From Alkanindiges illinoisensis DSM 15370 (lineage in GTDB: Bacteria; Pseudomonadota; Gammaproteobacteria; Pseudomonadales; Moraxellaceae), in contig NZ_JHUX01000007.1 of assembly GCF_000619845.1 (NCBI RefSeq), positions 154,562-186,561 of the forward strand: DNA of 32,000 bases, written 5' to 3'. The notes beneath the pieces are model-generated. The model worked only from the letters and a program-made list of their open reading frames with translations. It searched no databases and was not told the DNA's origin. Shown here piece by piece: positions 1 through 8,153 of the stretch (the stretch's first letter is position 1; each line of letters opens with the position of its first letter). A program made the position numbers and the translations under genes.

Positions 1-2
1 GT

Positions 3-374
3 TTGGCTAAACTTGTAGAAACCCTAGATTTAACGGACAGAGTAATATTTACTGGAAAAATTAGTAATCCAATTCAGTGGTTTGCTAAAGCAGATATAGG
101 GATAATTTCATCCGAAATAGAAGGTTTCCCGAATGTGCTTATTGAGATGATGGCCTCTGGATCAAAGCAAATTATTACGACACCGTGTACAGATGGGGTT
201 AATTCTATACCTTATATATCTATTACACAGGATTGTTCAATTGAAGCTATTGAAACGTCACTGAGGGCAAACTTAAAAAACCCAATAGATAATTCTTTCA
301 ACAATAAAGAATATATTAATCAAAACCGCTCTGTAGAAGCTTTTTGGCAAAAAGTTGAGGAACTTATTAAATAA
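3..374 (+). CDS. Glycosyltransferase family 1 (GT-B), C-terminal part; 5' end lies outside the window
   Basis: The ORF is open at the window edge, and the leading M in the track is a translated TTG rather than a real start. EGFPNVLIEMMASG...IITT matches the GT1 C-terminal donor-binding signature. The stop overlaps the next start (TAATG). Confidence 0.6.
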   Translation: MAKLVETLDLTDRVIFTGKISNPIQWFAKADIGIISSEIEGFPNVLIEMMASGSKQIITTPCTDGVNSIPYISITQDCSIEAIETSLRANLKNPIDNSFNNKEYINQNRSVEAFWQKVEELIK

Positions 375-1516
375 TGAAATTTCTCTTAATCGCCAGCTAT
401 CCAGCTTCTATCCTAAAATTTCGCGGTGCCTTAATTAAAGCTCTGCAAAACGCTGGCTTTGAAATTCATATTGCTGCGCCAGAATTTAATCATTTCCCTG
501 AAGAATTTAATGCTTTAAAGGCATTGGGCTACGCTGTCTATGATATTCCCATGCAGCGTACAGGCACTAATCCCATTGCAGATGCAAAAACCTTATTTGC
601 TCTATACCACTTGATGAAAAAGATTAAGCCGGATTATGTGATGGGCTATACCATTAAACCGGTTATTTATGGCGTATTGGCGGCAACTTTTGCTCGCGTC
701 CCCAACCGGTTTGCCCTTATTACGGGTTTAGGCTATGCCTTTCAGGGTGCAGAAGAATTAAATTATAAAAAGACTAATTTGCAACGCTTGGTTCATCAGT
801 TATATGCCACAGCATTATCCTCGACAAAAAAAGTATTTTTTCAAAATCCTGATGATCAGATGTTATTTAAAAAAATGGGAATCTTAAAAGATTCAGTTTC
901 AAGTTTTGTCGTGAATGGATCTGGTGTAAATGTATTTGAGTATGCCGTAAAACCTTTTCCTACGAATAATAATCTACCCACACCAAAGTTTTTATTAATT
1001 GCCAGATTATTGGGTGATAAAGGCATACGTGAATATGCACAAGCAGCTAAAATTATTAAAAATAAACACCCACAAATTCAATTTGATTTGGTTGGGTGGA
1101 TTGATGATAACCCTAATGCAATTCGGCAAGATGAGCTTGACGGTTGGATCAGCGAGGGGCTATTTCACTATTGGGGCAAGTTGAGTGATGTTAAGCCCGC
1201 TATTGCTGCTAGTTCCATTTATGTTTTGCCGTCTTATCGTGAAGGCACACCGCGGACTGTACTTGAAGCAATGGCCATGGGCAGACCAATTATTACTACG
1301 AATGCTCCCGGCTGCCGTGAAACGGTGATTGATGGCTACAATGGTTATCTCATTCCTATAAAATCCGTCAGTGAGCTGGCTAACGCTATGGAAAAATTTA
1401 TTCTTAATCCTGAACTTATTTATAAAATGGGTGCCGCTTCACGTAAATTTGCAGAAGAAAAGTTTGATGTTAATGCAGTCAATCAAACCATGCTAAGTGA
1501 AATGGGAATTTTATGA
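374..1516 (+). CDS. PglA-like GT4 glycosyltransferase, probably adding the second sugar to the Und-PP-bacillosamine-type primer
   Basis: 380-aa ORF resembling Campylobacter PglA-type enzymes along its length as I recall them (ILKFRGALIKAL, RFALITGLGYAF, LLIARLLGDKGIREY, VLPSYREGTPRTVLEAMAMGRP). It has an ATGA start/stop overlap with the next gene. Confidence 0.7.
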   Translation: MKFLLIASYPASILKFRGALIKALQNAGFEIHIAAPEFNHFPEEFNALKALGYAVYDIPMQRTGTNPIADAKTLFALYHLMKKIKPDYVMGYTIKPVIYGVLAATFARVPNRFALITGLGYAFQGAEELNYKKTNLQRLVHQLYATALSSTKKVFFQNPDDQMLFKKMGILKDSVSSFVVNGSGVNVFEYAVKPFPTNNNLPTPKFLLIARLLGDKGIREYAQAAKIIKNKHPQIQFDLVGWIDDNPNAIRQDELDGWISEGLFHYWGKLSDVKPAIAASSIYVLPSYREGTPRTVLEAMAMGRPIITTNAPGCRETVIDGYNGYLIPIKSVSELANAMEKFILNPELIYKMGAASRKFAEEKFDVNAVNQTMLSEMGIL

Positions 1517-2124
1517 TTAAGCGACTACTGGACATCATCATTGCCTCAACCGCTTTGATTATCCTGTCACCTCTCTACATCTATGTAGCTTATAAAGTTA
1601 AAAAGAACTTGGGTTCACCAGTCTTATTCCGGCAAATTCGTCCGGGACTAGATGGTAAGCCCTTTGAAATGATTAAGTTTCGTACCATGCGTGATGCAGT
1701 GGATACACAGGGCAATCCCTTGCCAGACAGTGAGCGTTTAACGCCATTTGGTCAAATGCTGCGTTCTACCAGCCTTGATGAAATGCCAGAACTGTGGAAT
1801 GTCATTAAAGGTGATATGAGTGTGGTCGGCCCGCGCCCACTACTCATGGAGTATTTACCGCTTTATAATACTGAGCAGGCCAAACGCCATAATGTGCGTC
1901 CCGGTATGACTGGCCATGCACAGGTTAATGGCCGCAATGCCATTGGCTGGGATGAAAAATTTAAGCTGGATAGCTGGTATGTTGAAAATCAGTCAACATT
2001 ACTCGATTTTAAGATCATGTTTAAAACCGTACATAAAGTGCTGTCAAAAGATGATATTAGCGCTGAAGGCGAAGCAACCATGAGCAAGTTCACGGGTTCA
2101 AATCCTGAGCAAAAAAATGATTAA
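1513..2124 (+). CDS. Initiating phosphoglycosyltransferase, small bacterial sugar transferase family (PglC / Acinetobacter ItrA type)
   Basis: 203 aa with one N-terminal hydrophobic helix, followed by PVLFRQIRPG, FEMIKFRTM and DEMPELWNVIKGDMSVVGPRP. These are the hallmarks of the PglC-type monotopic transferases. Confidence 0.85.
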   Translation: MIKRLLDIIIASTALIILSPLYIYVAYKVKKNLGSPVLFRQIRPGLDGKPFEMIKFRTMRDAVDTQGNPLPDSERLTPFGQMLRSTSLDEMPELWNVIKGDMSVVGPRPLLMEYLPLYNTEQAKRHNVRPGMTGHAQVNGRNAIGWDEKFKLDSWYVENQSTLLDFKIMFKTVHKVLSKDDISAEGEATMSKFTGSNPEQKND

Positions 2125-2128
2125 TACT
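2080..2128 (+). repeat. Left copy of a 49-bp degenerate direct repeat covering the transferase 3' end and the ATGAnTAA junction
   Basis: By hand alignment it matches 3216-3264 at 41 of 49 positions with no gaps. It encodes MSKFTGSNPEQKND-stop and a dead ATGATTAATACT start. Confidence 0.85.
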
Positions 2129-2159
2129 TTTTTATATTTGCCTGATTGCCTAACCATAA

Positions 2160-3260
2160 ATGATGACTGATAAAACGCATGCTGCATTAGCAACGCCACA
2201 GTTAACACATGAAGTAATTGAGTTAATTCATGCTGCCAAGCGACAAGCTGCCATAGCCGTTAATGCTGAGCTAACCCTGTTATATTGGCAGGTCGGGCAG
2301 CGGATCAGACAGGAAATATTGCAGGGTAGCCGTGCAGATTATGGCAAACAGATTATTGGCAACTTATCCAAAAATTTAACTGAGCAATTTGGTAAGGGCT
2401 GGAGTAAGGCTCAACTGAATTATTGTGTAAGATTTGCAGAAATATATCAGGATAATGAGATTGTTCACGCAGTGCGTGAGCAGTTAAGCTGGACTCATTT
2501 TAAAACGCTTATATATATTGATGAGCCGCTAAAGCGTGACTTTTATTTAACGATGGCAATACAGGAACGCTGGTCAACCCGGACTCTGGATGAGCGCATT
2601 GGCTCAATGCTATTTGAACGAACCGCTATTTCTAAACAACCAGAACAAACGATTATTCACGAACTCGCACAATTAAGACAATCCGGTCAGGTTAACCCGG
2701 ACTTGCTGCTTAAAGATCCCTACATTCTTGACTTTCTTGATTTAAATGATCGTTATCTTGAAAAGGATCTGGAAGATGCAATTTTAAGGGATATTGAACA
2801 ATTTCTTTTAGAGTTGGGTTCAGGATTTACATTTATTGCACGGCAAAAACGTATCCAGATTGACGAAGATGATTTTTATATTGACTTGTTGTTTTATAAC
2901 CGCAAATTAAAACGCCTGATTGCTATTGACTTAAAAACAGAAAAATTTCGACACTCCCATAAAAGTCAAATGGAACTGTATTTGCGCTGGCTTGCCAAAT
3001 ATGAACAGGAAAAAGATGAGAATCCACCGCTAGGGATTATCTTGTGTTCATCTAAAAAGCATGAGCAAATTGAATTGCTGGATTTGGAACAATCGGATAT
3101 CCATGTGGCGGAATACCTCACAGTATTGCCATCCAAGGATATATTGCAACAACGCCTGCATCTCGCTATAGAACGTGCCAGACAACGTCTTTTACCTCAG
3201 GAGAAAGACACCATCATGAATAAGTTTACCGGTTCAAAGCCTGAGCAAGACAATGACTAA
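2160..3260 (+). CDS. YhcG-like DUF1016 protein with a PD-(D/E)XK nuclease domain; its last 14 aa derive from a duplicated transferase tail
   Basis: 366-aa ORF with a helical YhcG_N-like N-terminus (LTLLYWQVGQRI, YGKQIIGNLSKNL). The C-terminal nuclease core is FYIDLLFYNRKLKRLIAIDLKTEKF. It is AT-rich (21/60 G+C in nt 2701-2760). Confidence 0.75.
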   Translation: MMTDKTHAALATPQLTHEVIELIHAAKRQAAIAVNAELTLLYWQVGQRIRQEILQGSRADYGKQIIGNLSKNLTEQFGKGWSKAQLNYCVRFAEIYQDNEIVHAVREQLSWTHFKTLIYIDEPLKRDFYLTMAIQERWSTRTLDERIGSMLFERTAISKQPEQTIIHELAQLRQSGQVNPDLLLKDPYILDFLDLNDRYLEKDLEDAILRDIEQFLLELGSGFTFIARQKRIQIDEDDFYIDLLFYNRKLKRLIAIDLKTEKFRHSHKSQMELYLRWLAKYEQEKDENPPLGIILCSSKKHEQIELLDLEQSDIHVAEYLTVLPSKDILQQRLHLAIERARQRLLPQEKDTIMNKFTGSKPEQDND

Positions 3261-3264
3261 TACT
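3216..3264 (+). repeat. Right copy of the 49-bp degenerate direct repeat
   Basis: It encodes MNKFTGSKPEQDND-stop as the tail of the YhcG-like ORF. It also contains the live ATG (3253) of the acetyltransferase in an ATGACTAA overlap. Confidence 0.85.
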
Positions 3265-3915
3265 GTTTATGCCATTTATGGGGCATCTGGTTGTGGCCGC
3301 AGTTTAATGCCAGTGGCACGCGAGCAATTGCAGCGAGAAGGACTTAAAGCAGAAATTTATTTTATTGATGACAGCTTGGAACAACCCAAAGAAATTAATG
3401 GACATACTGCATTAAATTATGCCGCGTTTAAAGTTTTAGAAGCACAAAATAAATTTGTCCAGATTGCCATTGCCAATAGTCATATCCGCCAAAAGTTAGC
3501 CCAGCAGCTTGAGCAGGATGGCATCCAATTATGGCAGGTTAAAGCCAGCAATGTAGTCATTATGGATCAGGTGGAAATTGGTGCAGGAGCAGCACTAAGC
3601 CCGTTTGTCACCCTGACCTCCAATATTAAAATTGGCAAATGCTTTCATGCCAATTTGTATAGCTATGTTGAGCACGACTGCATTATTGGTGACTTTGTGA
3701 CTTTTGCACCGGGAGTAAAGTGCAATGGCAACATCATCATTGAAGACCATGCTTATATTGGAACAGGGGCCGTCATTAAACAGGGTACACCAGATAAGCC
3801 ATTAATTATTGGTCAAGGGTCAGTTATTGGTATGGGTGCAGTAGTCACCAAAAGTGTGCCTGCTGGTATCACGGTGGTGGGAAATCCAGCCCGACCCTTG
3901 CGGAAGGAAGGTTAA
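3253..3915 (+). CDS. PglD/NeuD-family hexapeptide-repeat sugar N-acetyltransferase
   Basis: 220 aa with an N-terminal Rossmann-like YAIYGASGCGRS segment. The C-terminal half is left-handed beta-helix repeats (IGDFVTFAPGVKCNGNIIIEDHAYIGTGAVI...IGMGAVV). Confidence 0.8.
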   Translation: MTNTVYAIYGASGCGRSLMPVAREQLQREGLKAEIYFIDDSLEQPKEINGHTALNYAAFKVLEAQNKFVQIAIANSHIRQKLAQQLEQDGIQLWQVKASNVVIMDQVEIGAGAALSPFVTLTSNIKIGKCFHANLYSYVEHDCIIGDFVTFAPGVKCNGNIIIEDHAYIGTGAVIKQGTPDKPLIIGQGSVIGMGAVVTKSVPAGITVVGNPARPLRKEG

Positions 3916-3944
3916 TGTCAGGTTCTGACATCCTATGGCACTAA

Positions 3945-4760
3945 ATGGCTTTTACATTATCGCATATGGCAGCAGCACTTCCATTTTACCGCTATCGACG
4001 ATGGATTAATTTTGAGGCATTACTCCTTGGCACTATGCTGCCGGATTTGCCATATTTTTTAAATAGTTCCCAAGCTGTATCTGAGCAATCACATTCATGG
4101 CCTGGGTTGCTAAGCTACTGTCTACCTTGGGGGTTGGGCCTATTCATGCTGTGGCACTGGCTATTAAAACCGGCGGCAATAGCATTACTGCAGCCGTGGT
4201 TAGCTATTACCGCCTTAGCGTCACCTCATGAGTTTCAGCAATGGGGGAAATCTGGTATTACGATTATTTTAGGCTTATTGCTGGGTTCCATCACACACTT
4301 AATCTGGGATGGCATTACCCATCCTGATGGCTTTATTGCCGAGCGTATTTTCTGGTTACAAGTCTCTATTCGCTTGGATTATCTTGGTGATATGTCATTG
4401 GCTCGACTTTTGCAATATGCCAGCTCCACGATGGCACTGGTCTATTTAGGCTGGTTTATCAAGACTAAGGCAAAGCAGGTGACTTGGCAAAAAGTAGCAT
4501 TCGCCAATATACCGATTATTGTACTAAAATCGTGGGTTAGTTTATTAATTATCTCTATTGTGTGCGCGGGTTCGCTGTTTTGTGCAGTGCAGGCCATGCT
4601 AAAATGGCATAGTCTGATGTTTCATAATACCTACCTGTTTTTAGCCAAGGTGTTGGTAGGGTTGCTTCAGGGTGCGATTGGGCTGTTTGTTATTTATGCA
4701 TTAGCCTATCAACTGTTATATTGGTTTTTCTATGCAAGAAGCCGCTACACCCGTAAATAA
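3945..4760 (+). CDS. DUF4184-type polytopic membrane protein, resembling YdjM-like metal-dependent hydrolases
   Basis: 271 aa. The N-terminus MAFTLSHMAAALPF...LLLGTMLPDLPYFL and the HLIWDGITHPDG histidine motif match my memory of DUF4184. It has several hydrophobic helices and no obvious Shine-Dalgarno sequence. Confidence 0.55.
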   Translation: MAFTLSHMAAALPFYRYRRWINFEALLLGTMLPDLPYFLNSSQAVSEQSHSWPGLLSYCLPWGLGLFMLWHWLLKPAAIALLQPWLAITALASPHEFQQWGKSGITIILGLLLGSITHLIWDGITHPDGFIAERIFWLQVSIRLDYLGDMSLARLLQYASSTMALVYLGWFIKTKAKQVTWQKVAFANIPIIVLKSWVSLLIISIVCAGSLFCAVQAMLKWHSLMFHNTYLFLAKVLVGLLQGAIGLFVIYALAYQLLYWFFYARSRYTRK

Positions 4761-4939
4761 TCTCAGGCTGACTCATCATCAATTAGTGCATTAAGGGCTA
4801 TTACACCAGTACTGTTTCGTTGTATTGACAGACATCAGATGACTGTCCTGAATTTTAAAAGGGATATAAGAAGCTGTGATGCAGTTTTAATCCATCAGAG
4901 TTTGCCAGTAATCCAGTTTTTTTCATTAAGATAAATATC

Positions 4940-6142
4940 ATGCTCAATACTGCTTTTCAACCATGGCCCTGTTTTACCCAGCAAGAAGCGGATGCCGTTG
5001 CCAATGTATTGCTGTCTAATAAGGTGAATTACTGGACAGGGCAGGAATGCCGCGAGTTTGAGAAAGAATTTGCTGACTGGGTGGGCGTGCCACATGCCAT
5101 TGCCCTTACCAATGGTACGGTAGCGCTGGATCTGGCCCTAAAGGCGCTGGGTATTGGCCCGGGTGATGATGTCATTGTCACGTCACGCACTTTTCTGGCC
5201 TCGGCAAGTTCAATTGTCACAGCTGGTGCTAATCCGGTATTTGCCGATATAGAAGCTGATTCACAGAACATCAGCTTGCGTACCATTCAGGCAGTCATCA
5301 CGCCGAATACCCGCGCCATTATTTGTGTGCATCTGGCAGGCTGGATGTGTGACATGGACCCGATCATGCAGTTTGCCAATGCGCGTGGCATTTATGTGAT
5401 TGAGGATTGCGCACAGGCGCATGGGGCATATTATAAAGGTCGTGCTGCCGGTTCAATTGGGCATGTTGGCGCATGGTCATTTTGTCAGGATAAAATCATG
5501 ACCACGGGTGGCGAAGGTGGCATGGTCACCACCCATGATGAGCAGCTTTGGCAAAAAATGTGGTCTTACAAGGACCATGGCAAAAGCTATGAAGCAGTCT
5601 ATCAGCGTCAGCATGCACCGGGTTTTCGCTGGGTGCATGAGTCCTTTGGCACCAATTGGCGCATGACCGAGCTGCAGGGCGTGATTGGTCGCATCCAGCT
5701 GACCTATATGCCTGAGTGGCATCAAAAGCGAACTGCCCACGCCCAGGCTATTTTAGGGGCTTGCCAGCAGGCAGGTATTTTTGAGGTACCCCTGCCATCC
5801 AGTGATTTTCAGCATGCCTATTATAAAGCCTATGCCTTTATCAAGCCTGAACAACTGGCTACAGGCTGGACGCGTGATCGGGTGATTGAGGCAATCAATG
5901 CACTGGGCGTGCCGTGTTTTAGTGGCTCATGTTCTGAGGTCTATCTGGAAAAAGCATTTGATCACACGCCGTGGCGACCAGCAGAACGTTTGCCTGTGGC
6001 CAGGCAACTGGGTGAAACCAGTGTGATGTTTCTGGTACACCCGAGCTTAAGTACGGAAGATATTGCAAAAACCCTGCAAGCCATTGCAACTGTGGCTGAG
6101 CAGGCGCGTAAACCCTCAGGTGTTATTAGCGCGAGTGAATGA
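4940..6142 (+). CDS. DegT/DnrJ/EryC1-family (PglE-like) PLP-dependent sugar aminotransferase
   Basis: 400 aa with family motifs: YWTGQECREFEKEFA, ALTNGTVALDLAL, VIEDCAQAHGA and SFCQDKIMTTGGEGGM, the last containing the PLP lysine region. Confidence 0.85.
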   Translation: MLNTAFQPWPCFTQQEADAVANVLLSNKVNYWTGQECREFEKEFADWVGVPHAIALTNGTVALDLALKALGIGPGDDVIVTSRTFLASASSIVTAGANPVFADIEADSQNISLRTIQAVITPNTRAIICVHLAGWMCDMDPIMQFANARGIYVIEDCAQAHGAYYKGRAAGSIGHVGAWSFCQDKIMTTGGEGGMVTTHDEQLWQKMWSYKDHGKSYEAVYQRQHAPGFRWVHESFGTNWRMTELQGVIGRIQLTYMPEWHQKRTAHAQAILGACQQAGIFEVPLPSSDFQHAYYKAYAFIKPEQLATGWTRDRVIEAINALGVPCFSGSCSEVYLEKAFDHTPWRPAERLPVARQLGETSVMFLVHPSLSTEDIAKTLQAIATVAEQARKPSGVISASE

Positions 6143-6146
6143 TTTC

Positions 6147-8066
6147 ATGCCTGCCAACAAACTGATACGTGGAACGCTAAAAAGCCTGTCAAGTTTGCCA
6201 CGCTGGCAAAAGCAGCTGATTATCATGTCCAGTGATCTGGTCATCATGGTCTTTATCCTGCATTTCCTGATGGCCGCGCGCTTATTGTCGCTGGACTATT
6301 ACCTGCCGCTGCAAAGTCAGGTAATTATTTATATGCTGTCTTTTGTGTTTCTGGGGCTCAGTGGCCTGTACCAGGAAATTCTACGTTCCTTTAATGAGAA
6401 TTTGTTTAAATCAGTGCTGCTGGGCCTATTTTTACTCAGTCTGGTGATCTTCAGCATTAATTCCATGCTGCTGCATATTCCGCGCTCAGTACCGTTACCT
6501 TATGTGTTTTTGCTGTTTATCTGGCTCTGGACGAGCCGGATTATGGCGCGTTTTGTGCTGCGTCACCGGCAAATTATTTTAACGCCCACCAAGAATATTC
6601 TGATCTATGGGGCAGGGTCAGCCGGCATTGCCTTATTTAATTCCCTGAGAAATCATGCCTACAAGCGAGTGGTCGGTTTTGTGGAAGATGACCCGCTGCT
6701 GGTTGGCGGACGTATTGCTGGGGTTAAGGTTTACAGTAGTCAGGAACTGGCTCGCGTAATTCCCAAACGTCAGGTACAAAAGGTACTGTTGGCCTTGCCA
6801 TCCATTACCCGTAGTAAACGCCGCCAGATTATTGAAAAACTGGAACCTTTGATGGTGAAAGTCCAGTCAGTACCGCCAATTGAAGAGCTGGTGAATGGTC
6901 GCCTGAAAATTTCTGATATACAGGAAGTGGATATCATGGATTTGCTGGGTCGTGACCCGGTGCCGCCCATTCCCCATTTTCTTAAGGCCAATATTGAGCA
7001 AAAAGTGGTAATGGTGACGGGTGCTGGCGGATCGATTGGCAGTGAATTGTGCCGTCAGATTATCAAGCTTAACCCGAAGCTATTGATTCTGCTGGAACTG
7101 TCGGAATATGCGCTGTATGCCATTGAGCAGGAGTTAAAAGCCGCCGCACCGGATTTATGCATTATTCCATCGCTGGGCAGCGTGCTGCACCAGGCCAAGC
7201 TGGAACAGCTGATGCGCAATTATCAGGTTGATACTGTTTATCATGCAGCGGCTTACAAGCATGTGCCGCTGGTTGAGGTCAATCCCTTTGTAGGCCTGAT
7301 GAATAACAGTGTGGGCACCTATCGCTGTGCCAAGGCTGCCCAGAATTCCGGGGTGGATACGTTTGTTCTGATTTCAACGGATAAGGCAGTACGTCCCACC
7401 AATGTGATGGGCGCCTCCAAGCGGATTGCCGAGCTGGCCTGTCAGGCACTGGCTGCCCAGCCGGATTGTAAAACCCAGTTTAGTCTGGTGCGCTTTGGTA
7501 ATGTACTGGGCTCATCCGGGTCTGTGGTGCCACTGTTCCGCAAGCAAATTGCCGAAGGCCTGCCCATTACTGTAACCCATCCGGAAGTGACCCGTTATTT
7601 CATGACCATTCCCGAGGCCGCCCAGCTGGTCATTCAGGCGGGTGCCATGGGTAAGGGTGGCGATGTATTTTTGCTGGATATGGGTGAGCCGGTTAAAATT
7701 GTTGATCTGGCCAAGCGCATGATTTTTTTAAGCGGTCTGACGCCACGCGAACCGGGAACCGAGCATGGCGACATTGATATTGTATTTTCCGGCCTGCGCA
7801 ATGGTGAAAAACTGTATGAAGAGCTGCTGCTTGATGATGCCAATGGTGAGCGGACTGAGCACAGCCTGATTGTGCGGGCCATTGAAAAACAGTATAGCCT
7901 TGAAGAAGTTGAAACCCTGTTGCAGCTGATTACTAATAATGCCCGTGACCTGCATGGACTGGATGAAATCCTGACCCAGCTTGAGCATTATGTGGATGGT
8001 TATCATCGCAGTCAGGTGTTTTCTCAGCCTGAGCAACTGATTGCCAATTGCCCCAAGTCAGCCTGA
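6147..8066 (+). CDS. PglF/WbpM/CapD-like membrane-anchored UDP-GlcNAc 4,6-dehydratase
   Basis: I chose the ATG at 6147 because the track start at 6063 overlaps the previous gene by 80 nt. There are about four N-terminal TM helices and two Rossmann motifs (ILIYGAGSAGIAL, VMVTGAGGSIGSEL). YHAAAYKHVP and ISTDKAVRPTNVMGASKR are also present. Confidence 0.85.
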   Translation: MPANKLIRGTLKSLSSLPRWQKQLIIMSSDLVIMVFILHFLMAARLLSLDYYLPLQSQVIIYMLSFVFLGLSGLYQEILRSFNENLFKSVLLGLFLLSLVIFSINSMLLHIPRSVPLPYVFLLFIWLWTSRIMARFVLRHRQIILTPTKNILIYGAGSAGIALFNSLRNHAYKRVVGFVEDDPLLVGGRIAGVKVYSSQELARVIPKRQVQKVLLALPSITRSKRRQIIEKLEPLMVKVQSVPPIEELVNGRLKISDIQEVDIMDLLGRDPVPPIPHFLKANIEQKVVMVTGAGGSIGSELCRQIIKLNPKLLILLELSEYALYAIEQELKAAAPDLCIIPSLGSVLHQAKLEQLMRNYQVDTVYHAAAYKHVPLVEVNPFVGLMNNSVGTYRCAKAAQNSGVDTFVLISTDKAVRPTNVMGASKRIAELACQALAAQPDCKTQFSLVRFGNVLGSSGSVVPLFRKQIAEGLPITVTHPEVTRYFMTIPEAAQLVIQAGAMGKGGDVFLLDMGEPVKIVDLAKRMIFLSGLTPREPGTEHGDIDIVFSGLRNGEKLYEELLLDDANGERTEHSLIVRAIEKQYSLEEVETLLQLITNNARDLHGLDEILTQLEHYVDGYHRSQVFSQPEQLIANCPKSA

Positions 8067-8086
8067 CCGATCAGGTGACCTATAGC

Positions 8087-8118
8087 AAAAAGCCCGATTG
8101 ATTCGGGCTTTTGTTTTT
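8087..8118. terminator. Bidirectional rho-independent terminator between the convergent dehydratase and aidB-like genes
   Basis: The sequence is aaaaAGCCCGAttgatTCGGGCTtttgttttt. A perfect 7-bp GC-rich stem is extended by A/T pairs, with a T-run on the + strand and TTTT on the - strand. Confidence 0.75.
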
Positions 8119-8153
8119 CAGCATTTTATTGAAGTTAAAACTGGCTGTTGAAT

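Noticed and set aside
6063-6146. Upstream extension of the dehydratase ORF that overlaps the aminotransferase by 80 nt
   Set aside because: The extension (MQKPCKPLQLWLSRRVNPQV...) is simply the aminotransferase 3' end read in another frame. The ATG at 6147, just after the upstream stop, gives the expected membrane-anchored N-terminus.
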